In this document: piece by piece, positions 1-10,228 of the stretch
Position numbering within the stretch: position 1 is the stretch's first letter
How the letters are laid out: the number at the start of each line of letters is the position of its first letter
Assembly (NCBI GenBank): GCA_965603825.1
Contig: CBFDEM010000035.1
Coordinates: forward strand, 620,001 to 684,000
Direction: 5' to 3'
Origin: Blepharisma stoltei ATCC 30299
Lineage: Eukaryota > Protista > Ciliophora
Length of the DNA: 64,000 bases
Translations under genes and position numbers: made by a program
The notes under the pieces: generated by a model
What the model was told of the DNA's origin: nothing
What the model saw: only the letters and a program-made list of their open reading frames with translations
Databases searched by the model: none

Positions 1-426
1 TGCAAAGCTGAATTCACTTTTATTCCAGACTCTTCCACCTTCTAGCTGGTGAAAAGCTGGATAATGTGTGCTGTCTATTTCATCTCTTCGATATACATCT
101 CCTGTCATGAGAAATGCATTATGATTTTTCAACATTTCGCAGTCATGGGCAGTTGTATGGGTTCTAAGGACTGTGTTTTCATCAATATAGTATGTATCAC
201 TAGGACGCCTGGAAGGGTGGTCTGGAGCAATTAAAAGATTATCAAAATTTTCTCTGACTCCGACAACTGGGTCATAATCATCTTTTGTGATAAACACTCC
301 AGGGTAGGTTTTGTGGACAAATGAGTACATTTTGGAGCGGAGAATTGATAGAGGATGATTGGGGTTTGAGAGAAGCTTCCTTTTAGTTAATTCAATAATC
401 TTAGGGGTAATGTTGGATATTGACAT
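1..426 (-). CDS. FARS2: Mitochondrial-type phenylalanyl-tRNA synthetase, 5' part (runs off the window start)
   Basis: Hand translation from ATG at 426: MSISNITPKIIELTKRKLLSNPNHPL...NFDNLLIAPDHPSRRPSDTYYIDENTVLRTHTTAH...GDVYRRDEIDSTHYPAFHQLEG. These are hallmark motifs of monomeric mitochondrial PheRS. Not in the ORF track. Confidence 0.92.
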   Translation of the reverse strand, partial: MSISNITPKIIELTKRKLLSNPNHPLSILRSKMYSFVHKTYPGVFITKDDYDPVVGVRENFDNLLIAPDHPSRRPSDTYYIDENTVLRTHTTAHDCEMLKNHNAFLMTGDVYRRDEIDSTHYPAFHQLEGGRVWNKSEFSFA

Positions 427-458
427 ATTAGCTTAATAACACATTCATAATCATTATT

Positions 459-815
459 ATGGGAGACCATTCTAAAGCGTTCTTCAAAAGAGCTGGCTTT
501 GCTGTGCTAAGAGGTCAAAACTGAACCTACCTGCTTACAAACACACACATTATTATAGGAAGAAAGCCTCAAGCAAGTGACTCCCAATGGCAAGTTGACT
601 TAGACTTAGGCCCTTCTAAGTTTATTTCAAGGCAGCATGCTTTGCTGATTTATAATTTTAAAGATCAAAGGTTTGAAATCAGGTGCTTAACGAAGAAAGG
701 AAGAGTAAAAGTTGACGGGAAGGCTTACAGATATCAAGATGGGGCTGTGCCCTTGAAGCACCGTTCAGTGATTTCTATCAATAAGTGCAGTTTCTTATTT
801 GTGCTGCCATCATAG
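459..815 (+). CDS. Small stand-alone FHA-domain protein (118 aa)
   Basis: One TGA read as Trp gives GFAVLRGQNWTYLL...IIIGRK...VDLDLGPSKFISRQHALLIYNF...; the GR and SRxH FHA motifs resemble FOXK/plant FHA1-type FHA domains. Confidence 0.85.
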
Positions 816-888
816 GATTAAGATAATAAAAATAGTGTAATTTGTGTAAAATTTAAAAAAATAATCATGACTATTTAATGAGATTAAT

Positions 889-2236
889 TTATACTGAAAT
901 ATTGTAGACTGTGATGATATTTGTAAAAGAAATTGCAAGCTTTGTATTATCGTCACTCCAAACCCTACCTAAAAATTACATATCAATTGCTTGCTGCTTT
1001 ATTGAAAACGATTTAATTTTCTCTGCAGTTTCATAGTTCCATACATTGCAAATTCCATCTAGTCCTATAGTTGCGAACATCTGCCCATCTTTACTATGAG
1101 CGATTTTAATAATTTCTGAAGTTTCTGCAATAAATTGGTGTTTTATGACTCTTTTTTCTGGGTCAATGATTTCAACGACACCTCCTCCTTTAGCAACTAA
1201 TAATAATGGGGTATTAGGATTCCATTCAATTTGTTTACAAATAATGGTATTCCATCATGACCCTTCTTGTTCCCAAATCCCCAGCCTTTCATCTTCCAGC
1301 ATCGCTATAAATTTCCCTTCATAATCCCAAAATATTTTTTTTACATTTAAAGATTCCTCGATTTTTATTCTTTCAATTCTGCTCAATTTCCATAAAAATA
1401 CTCCTGTCATCGTTGCTGTACAAATTTCATCTGTATTGTGCCATTTTGCATCCCTAATCCCTGAGCATGACTCAATTGAGTTTATAGAGTTTCCTTGGCT
1501 ATTCCAAATTTTCAAAGCATCTTGTGACACAGTAAGAAACTTAGAGCCTGTAGACTCAAAATATGCACAAATTATAGGAGTGTTATGAGAAATTTCTGAG
1601 ACTAAAGTTCCAGTGCTTGTTCAAAATCTAGCCAAGCCATCGTTTACTACTGAAAGAATATCTCCTGCTTTATTTCAGTATAAACTTTTTATTTCAAAAT
1701 TCTCAATCTCTAGATTAGTCAGAGAAATCGTGACTACTAGGTCCCATTGATTAGGGTTTTCCCCAATTCTCCATATCTTAGCAGTGCGGTCTTTAGAGCT
1801 GAATTTTTGTTACCCTGAAAGAATATATGAGTTTTGGTAGTGGATTATTAATACTTCTTTTGAGTGGCCAAATAGAGAGGTATGCTCGAATGAATCGTCG
1901 ACCATCATACCAAGTGAAGTCTCTGGGACGAGTTTTGGGGTCTCTTCGCGATACATGCATTTATGGGAATGAGTTAGCTTGAATTCTGCGTGGCATTTTG
2001 GGAAACCTTGGGCTTTTAAGTCCTTTATTAGAAAATACCTCTTCGTTTGCGTGAAATTCAAGTTCTTCTAAAGTCAGAGATTTTTGTAAGTGGGTGACGA
2101 GGATGCCAGGCTGGATAGGAGAGTCTGTGATGTTAGCTTCTTTTTCTAAGGCAAATGCAGCGTGAATTAGACCTCGCTCTCTGAGATAATGCAGAATTAG
2201 TAAGTTAATATCTTGGCTGCTTATTGTAATTGCCAT
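889..2236 (-). CDS. TBL1: TBL1/Sif2-like LisH + WD40 repeat protein (433 aa, 3 introns)
   Basis: N-terminal LisH (ISSQDINLLILHYLRERGLIHAAFAL) followed by WD40 repeats (GHSKEV...SGSKDRTAKIW). Frame closes after removing introns 2023-2038, 1799-1813 and 965-979 and reading TGA as Trp. Confidence 0.85.
965..979 (-). other. 15-nt spliceosomal intron
   Basis: GTAATTTTTAGGTAG; removal restores ...IDMVWSDD... Confidence 0.8.
1799..1813 (-). other. 15-nt spliceosomal intron
   Basis: GTAACAAAAATTCAG; removal restores the WD motif SGSKDRTAKIW. Confidence 0.9.
2023..2038 (-). other. 16-nt spliceosomal intron
   Basis: GTATTTTCTAATAAAG; joins ORF 1961..2236 to the frame of ORF 1810..2061. Confidence 0.8.
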
Positions 2237-3572
2237 TTAATTAATAAATCATTTAGTTTCTATGAAGAAATATAAACAAATGAGCATTACTCTTTATATT
2301 ATTTATAGCAAATTATTTGCTTATTTTAATTAGAGCAAAAATTTGTTGAAGTTTTAAGGCTTTGTTAAAGCAAAAAAATTATTGTAAAACAAATTTATGT
2401 GTTTAAATAGTTTTACTTATGTAGATAGAACAAGATAAAGGTAAATTTCGTTTTTGGTTATAATTAATCTGCATTCAATTGGGATTTAAAGCTATTTTCA
2501 TAGATAGCATTCTTTCGCCTATAAAATTTAATTATATTCTATTTAAACGGACAACTTACCCAAAAAAGAAAATTATCAGTGTTTGCTCTATTCTAAAGCG
2601 GGGATAAAGGATTAGATTCAAGAATTTCAAGTAATAAGAATGATATCTTTAATTTGCAATTTTATTCACTTTGAAATCTACAGCCCAGGACCATTATGTA
2701 TGGATAATACGTATAATATTAGCCAGCGATGTGCAAACTAAACTCTTACCTCAAGCAATCTTTCAAATGGCAAGATGACTCATCAGTCAATGCTTTCTAG
2801 CGGTCATAATAAATTTTAAATGATTTCGTTATTAGAAAACTCGTAAACTAACGAGTGCAGCTATTTCATTTGAGTTTTTCTACTGAAATTCTAATAGATT
2901 AATATTGAATTTACTGATTTGATGAATTACCATATACCAAGCATAATATTTGTTTTGCAATCATATCGCTTAAATATAAAAATATTTCTTCTTTTATTTA
3001 AAAGTAGTATATAAATTGGAAAATCGGAATTTTGTTTATTCAGGGATGCAACTTCCTTGGAAAAAAAATTTATGTCGATATAAAGATTTATGCATGAATA
3101 CTTTATACGATTATAAATGATGTCCTAGATTTTAAAATTAATGCATTAAATTGATTGAATTCTGCTCAATCTATTCAATTACTTAAATATCTTCAGCATA
3201 AATAGCCAGCCTTATTGTATTCAACAGCTCTATTTAAATTATATTTGTTTGTCGTTATAGTTTTTCCCAATACGAGGCACCAAATCTTCCTTGTCGAATA
3301 CTCATTTTTTAATTAAAGCATCTTTTAAAACACAATAATAGTCTAAGATATCACCTTGACTATTCCTAATCTTACCTGAACAACTGGTAATTTTTTCATT
3401 ATGAGACAAACCTATTCTTCGAATTGGTAAATCAAGGCTATCTGCCAACAGTAAAATGGTTGCAATTTAGAATTAAAATCAATTTCATCAAGTTAGCTGG
3501 ACAACACATATTTTCCCAGTATTATTTGAGGGTTTAACCCAAATCAAAAACATGTATAATAATAGGAATAAT

Positions 3573-4924
3573 ATGAGAGAAGTTATATCGCTTCATATCG
3601 GGCAAGCAGGAATCCAAATCGGAAATGCTTGCTGAGAACTTTACTGCCTTGAGCACGGCATTCAACCAGATGGGCAATTATCAGGCGACAAAGATATAGG
3701 AGAAGATGATGCTTTTAAGACTTTTTTTAGCGAAACTAACGCTGGCAAGTTCGTTCCTCGCACTGTCTTCTTTGACTCTGAGTCAGCTGTTATTGATAAA
3801 GTCAGAACAGGTGCCTATAATCAGCTATTTAACCCTGAGCAGCTCATTTCTGGAAAAGAAGACACTTCTAGCATCTATTATCGTGGGAGGTGAAACTTGG
3901 AGCGTGATTTGGAAGACCTTTGCATGGACAGGATTAGAAAACTCGCAGATAATTGTGAGAGTCTTCAAGGTTTCTTACTTTTCCACTCAGTTGGCGGAGG
4001 TACAGGCTCAGGCTTTGGAATGCGTCTCCTTTGAAATCTTCGACGTGATTATTGCAAGAAACCAAGAATTGGCTTCTATGTTTACCCATCTCCTCAAATC
4101 TCAGTTTCTTCTGTCGAGCCATACAATGCAGTTTTATCGACTCATTCTATTATTAATGATACTGAGGCTGCTGTTGTTCTTGATAACGAAGCTATTTATG
4201 ATATCTGCGCAAAACAACTTAATATAGAGCAAATAACGTATACTAATTTGAATAGAATTATTGCCCAGGTTATTTCTTCTCTGACTGCTTCACTCAGATT
4301 TGACAGTTCCTTGAACGTTGATATTACTGAATTTCAAACTAACCTGATTCCATACCCAAGAATTAAATTTTTGCTCTCTTCTTATGCTCCAATTATTTCA
4401 GCTGAGAAAACTTACCATGAGCAACTCTCTGTGGCAGAAATTACTAATAGTGCTTTTGAGCCCGCTTCTATGATGGCTAAGTGTGACCCTAGAACTGGGA
4501 AATATATAGCCTGCTGCATGATGTATAGGGGAGATGTAACTCCAAAAGAAGTTAATGCGGCTGTTGCTACTATTAAGACCAAGAGTACAGTTCAATTTGT
4601 TGATTGGTGTCCAACTGGATTCAAATGTGGAATTAATTATCAGCCGCCAGCTTCTGTGAAGGAGGATGACTTAGCTAAAATAACGAGAGCTGCTTGTATG
4701 ATAAGTAACTCAACTGCTATTTCTGAAGTTTTCTCTAGGATTAGCCATGAGTTCGATTTAATGTGGTATAAAAGAGCTTTCATTCATTGGTATGCCGCAG
4801 AATCTAGTCATTCGAGAGATTTCTATGAATCAAGAGAAGTTTATTTGTGGTAGCTTATCTCATGGAAGATTATGAAATAACTGGCGCTGAAACTATGGAG
4901 ATTGAAGAAGAAGAGGGTTTGTAG
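3573..4924 (+). CDS. TUBA: Divergent alpha-tubulin, copy 1. An 8-nt insertion near 4840-4851 gives a premature TAG at 4851-4853; the tail continues in another frame to 4924. Possible pseudogene, truncated isoform or assembly error.
   Basis: [20 protein letters not shown][TGA=W][32 protein letters not shown] and [14 protein letters not shown] motifs. Alignment to copy 2 shows the +8 nt. Confidence 0.9.
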
Positions 4925-6181
4925 CTGCATACCCTTCATTTTATAAGTCTTTAGTCATAATAAATATCACACAGCAATTTATAAATTTCAATATTATAAA
5001 GTGAAGATTTATCAATATATGCCATGCTTTATCTATTATCTCAGGTGTAAGCTTTTTAATTTTTTTTTTACTTTATTTTTTAGTGCTAGTATGCGTTGTT
5101 TTTAATTAAAAAAGATAACATTGTGTGAGTTTAATTAAAAACTCAAATTATAGTCTCAAAATTACAATTAAAATTGTCAATTTGCAGGAAGATGGAGATC
5201 ACTTAATAGAGCTATTTTTATTCAGCTTTGATTCATGTTCTACTTGCACTGCTCATCCTATTTCCCTTGAATGTGCTAATTTAATCGTCCAAGATGGAAA
5301 TTTCTGCAGGTTTGACTAGAAATCAGTTGTTTTTATTTTAAATTATTATTCATATAAAAAGCGTTTTTGATCGGCATTCAATAATATATGGATAATACGA
5401 TTATAGTAAACAGCGATGTGTAAGCTAAACTCGTACCTCAAGCAATCTTTCAAATGGCAAGACGACTTATCAGTAAATACTTTCTAGAGCTCATAATAAA
5501 TTCTTTATGCATTAGTTATTAGAAAGCTCGTAAAATAGCGAGTGCACCTATTTCGCTTGAGATATTCTACTGAAGTTCTATTAAATTAATATTGAATTTG
5601 CTAATTGATGAATTACCATATTCCAAGTATAATATTTGTTTTGCAATCATATCGCTCAAATATAAAAGATATTTCTTCTTTTATTTAAAAGTAGTATATA
5701 AATTGGAAAATTGGAATTTTGTTTATTCAGGAAATAATTTACTTGGGAAAAATTTATATGTCGATATAAAGATTTATGCTTGTATATTTAATATGATTAT
5801 CGATGATGTCCTCAATTTTTAATTTAAAAGCATCAAATTAATTGAATTCTGCTCAATTTATTCTATTACTTATTTTAAATATATTCAGCATCAATAGCCA
5901 CCCTTCCCGCATGAAACAGCTTTATTCAAATTATATTTGTTAGCTGCTTAGTTTTTCCTAATAAGAGACACAAAATCTTCGTTGTCGAATGCTCATTTTT
6001 TAATTAAAGCATCTTTTAAAACACAATAATAGTCTGAGTAAAATATTGCTTGGGCTATTCCTAATCTTCCCTAAATAACTAGTAAATTTTTTATTCTGTA
6101 GCAAACCTATTCTTCGAATAGTAAATCAGGATTATCTGCTAACAGTAATATGGTGGCAATTTGGAATTAAATAGGAGTAAT

Positions 6182-7528
6182 ATGAGAGAAGTTATATCGC
6201 TTCATATCGGGCAAGCAGGAATCCAAATCGGAAATGCTTGCTGAGAACTTTACTGCCTTGAGCACGGCATTCAACCAGATGGGCAATTATCAGGCGACAA
6301 AGATATAGGAGAAGATGATGCTTTTAAGACTTTTTTTAGCGAAACTAACGCTGGCAAGTTCGTTCCTCGCACTGTCTTCTTTGACTCTGAGTCAGCTGTT
6401 ATTGATAAAGTCAGAACAGGTGCCTATAATCAGCTATTTAACCCTGAGCAGCTCATTTCTGGAAAAGAAGACACTTCTAGCATCTATTATCGTGGGAGGT
6501 GAAACTTGGAGCGTGATTTGGAAGACCTTTGCATGGACAGGATTAGAAAACTCGCAGATAATTGTGAGAGTCTTCAAGGTTTCTTACTTTTCCACTCAGT
6601 TGGCGGAGGTACAGGCTCAGGCTTTGGAATGCGTCTCCTTTGAAATCTTCGACGCGATTATGGCAAGAAACCAAGAATTGGCTTCTATGTCTACCCATCT
6701 CCTCAAATCTCAGTTTCATCTGTTGAGCCATACAATGCTGTTTTATCGACTCATTCTATTATTAGTGAAATTGAGGCTACTGTTGTTCTTGATAACGAAG
6801 CTATTTATGATATCTGCGCAAAACAACTTAATATAGAGCAAATAACGTATAATAATTTGAATAGAATTATTGCCCAAGTCATTTCTTCTCTGACTGCTTC
6901 ACTCAGATTTGACAGTTCCTTGAACGTTGATGTTACTGAATTTCAGACTAACTTGGTTCCATACCCAAGAATTAGCTTCTTGCTTTCTTCTTATGCTCCA
7001 ATTATTTCAGCTGAGAAAACTTACCATGAGCAACTCTCTGTGGCAGAAATTACCAATAGTGCTTTTGAGCCCGCTTCTATGATGGCTAAGTGTGACCCTA
7101 GAACTGGGAAATATATAGCCTGCTGCATGATGTATAGGGGAGATGTAACTCCAAAAGAAGTCAATGCAGCTGTTGCTACCATTAAGACCAAGAGTACAGT
7201 TCAATTTGTTGATTGGTGTCCAACTGGATTCAAATGTGGAATTAATTATCAGCCGCCAGCTGCTGTTAAGGATGATGACTTAGCTAAAATAATGAGAGCT
7301 GCTTGTATGATCAGTAACTCAACTGCTATTTCTGAAGTTTTCTCTAGGATTAGCCATGAGTTCGATTTAATGTTCGCTAAAAGAGCTTTCGTCCATTGGT
7401 ATTCCTATGAAAATATGTCAAGCAGAGATTTCACAGAAGCAAGAGAAGATTTAGCTTGCCTCATGGAAGATTATGAAATAACTGGAGCTGAAACTATGGA
7501 GATTGAAGGGGAAGAAGAGAGTTGGTAG
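6182..7528 (+). CDS. TUBA: Divergent alpha-tubulin, copy 2 (448 aa, intact)
   Basis: Same motifs as copy 1; three in-frame TGA=Trp; ends ...EIEGEEESW*. Confidence 0.95.
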
Positions 7529-8471
7529 CTGCATACCCTCCATTCGATTTGTCTTTAGTCATAATAAATATCACACAGCAATTTATAAATTTCAGTATTA
7601 TAAAGTGAAGATTTACCAATATATGCCATGCTTTATCTATTATTTCTGGTCTGAGCTTTTTAGTCATTTCTTTAACTTTTAGTGCTAACGCACCTTGTTT
7701 TTAATTAAATAAGATAAGACACTGTGAGCTCAACCAAAAGCTCAAATTATAGTCTTAAAAATTAAGATTAAAATGGTCATTTTGCAGGAAGATGAATCAC
7801 TTAGCAGGGTAATTTTATTTAGCTTGTGGTTCATGTTCTACTTGTAATTCTAGTCCTATTTACCTTAATGTGCTAATTTAATCGTCCAATATGGAAACTT
7901 CTGCATGTTTGACTAGAAATCAGTTGCTATTATTTTAAATCAATATATATTGAAAGAGATTTAATTTATGCAAAGAAAAAGCCAACTAAATGATTTAAAT
8001 CATTTAACTTAGATTTAATTTCAATGGTTTTTAAAAATTATAAAAAATTTTGCATTTATTGAAGTCTAGAAATACATATAGCTCATAAATTTTCTATTAC
8101 TAGTGATAGATTATCCAATTGGAATCAATTTAAACCTGATATTTTTGTTTGATTTTTTATTTAATTTTGATTTTCCAATATTAAGAATTGAATTTGTTTT
8201 TTCTCTATTTTATTGTTATTCTTTTTTTGGTTAAAATTTGAACATTAAATATAGAATTTAAGTTAAATAAATAATTTATAGCCTATATTCTTTGATTTGC
8301 TATCACTTTTCAAATAGAACTTAAAAAATTTAGACTACAAATAAACCTGCATAAATTTTTTAAAAAATTTATATTCCCTATTATATCCATCATATTCCTA
8401 TTTCCAGAACAGAACTAAAAATGCTTTCAAAATCCGTCAAATCCCCTTAAATCTGATAAACCGAAATTAAA

Positions 8472-10151
8472 ATGTCGTACTCATCTCAGCGCCGAGCAGA
8501 GAAGAGAGTACGTAGGTGTCATCTTGGCATTGAAGTCGCTGGAGCTTACAAGCAACTTACAATTTTCCAATGAACTTCGGTATCAGAGCTCAAACAAGAA
8601 ATAGTTCGATTATTCGGAGTTCCTGCACAACAGCAGCGTTTGTTTCATGGGCACATTGAGCTGTCAAATTCAAGACTTTTGGAAGATTATCATATTTTTG
8701 ACGAGCAGCACAACAATCGAGTCATCGTTGTCGAGTTCAAACAATTCGCTGGGTCATTCATCAGGAAATGCCCAGGCCTGATCGTCACTAATTCCTTATC
8801 TCAGCTCATCGAAGACGTAAACAGAGGCTTAGCACTTGGCTTGGCTCCAAATCTGACTATGGACGGAACTGGTGGGACTTATTTTTTACGAAATACATAT
8901 AGGGATATTCGCGCTATTTTTAAACCTTTAGACGAAGAAGCTTTTGCCCCAAATAACCCTCGTGGACACTCAGGGAAGATGGGAAATCCAGGATTTCGAA
9001 CTGGCGTCCTCTCTGGAGAAGGCGGATATAGAGAGGTAGCTGCGTATCTTTTGGATTTTGAAGGCTTTTCAGGGGTCCCTGCAACTACACTTGTTGAAGC
9101 TCAACATGACAGTTTTTGCTACACCCCAAATAGCCATCATTTTCCTAAAAAAGGCTCCTTGCAGGAGTTTATCAAAAGTAAAGGCTGCGTCGAAGATTTT
9201 TCGCACTCTATGTTTTCTAAAGAAGAAGTCCAAAAAATCGCAATTTTAGATATAAGGATCCTGAATATGGACAGAAATGAGGCAAACATTTTGGTAAAAG
9301 ACAATGATTATCATTTAATTCCTATAGACCACGGCCTTTCCATTCCTGACACTTTAGATATTTCTGAATACGACCTCTGCTGGATGTCATGGATGCAGGC
9401 TAAAAACCCGATCACTCCTAAATGTATGGATTACATACAAAGTATTGACCCTTTCTACGATATCAGCATGCTCAAAGATACTATGCCCTTCAGAGACATT
9501 TGTTTAAGAAACATGAGGATTTCTTCTACTTTGCTTAAAAAAGGTGCACATGCAGGGCTGTCTCTCTACAACATCGGCTCCATGCTATATCGCAATGGAT
9601 ACGACGACACTCCTTCTATTATAGAAAAAGTCTTAGAAAAAGCTTTCCAAGTCTATAAGACAATGAACAACTCATTATCAAGCCGTCTCTTTTTAGAGCA
9701 CACCTTATCCCCTAGAACTACCCCACGGAAACTTCCAGGACGCCAACGTGCGTTTTCCTCATGTGAATGCCTTTTAGAGTCCTCCCAGCTCTCTCCTACT
9801 TCCCAATACTCCCCCCAAAATACTGAGACTGATGCCTCGGATACTCAATATGACGTCGTCTTAACGATTTCTGAGATGTCTTCATCAGAAGAAGAAGACA
9901 GTGATGAAGACCTTAACCTTTCTTTTAAAGATTCAAACGGTAGAAGCCTTTCTTTGCCTTTTATCACGAAAATCAAGCCGAAGAAGACTGAAGAAAAGCC
10001 TAAAGAAATAGAGTCAGAAGCTTTCAACCAAAAACTGTTCTATTATATTGAAGCATTTATGGACCAAGCGATCCAAAAGAAGATTAAGGAAATTAGACAG
10101 TGTGAGACTCCTGAAGGAAGACATCGATCAAGCAGTTATGCGGTTGAATAA
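8472..10151 (+). CDS. Type II PI4-kinase gamma family protein with an N-terminal ubiquitin-like domain (559 aa)
   Basis: ATG at 8472 in frame through one TGA. UBL (SVSELKQEI..FGVPAQQQRLFHGHIELSNSRLLEDYHI); kinase motifs GTGGTYF, IFKPLDEE, REVAAYLLD, GSLQEF, NMDRNEANILV, PIDHGL. Confidence 0.9.
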
Positions 10152-10228
10152 GCAAGATTTCTCTAAAAAAATTAAAAGTAATAATATGGTTTTTGCTGTT
10201 TTAGGAATCTGCCATTTATTAGTTTAAA

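Larger units (their letters stand above)
2695..7940 (+). repeat. Direct tandem duplication of a ~2.6 kb unit (~2695-5343 and ~5385-7940), each with a divergent alpha-tubulin plus flanks
   Basis: Matching blocks: ggataatacg...cctcaagcaatctttcaaatggcaaga at ~2700 and ~5390; ATGs 2609 nt apart; tttgactagaaatcagttg at ~5311 and ~7908. Boundaries are approximate. Confidence 0.95.

Noticed and set aside
3706-4227. 173-aa track ORF (and its twin at 6315-6836)
   Set aside because: Alternate-frame shadow of the alpha-tubulin CDS.
4839-4853. GTTTATTTGTGGTAG as a 15-nt intron rescuing tubulin copy 1
   Set aside because: It lacks the position-10 A and GTR start, and removing it still leaves the tail out of frame (net -7 nt).
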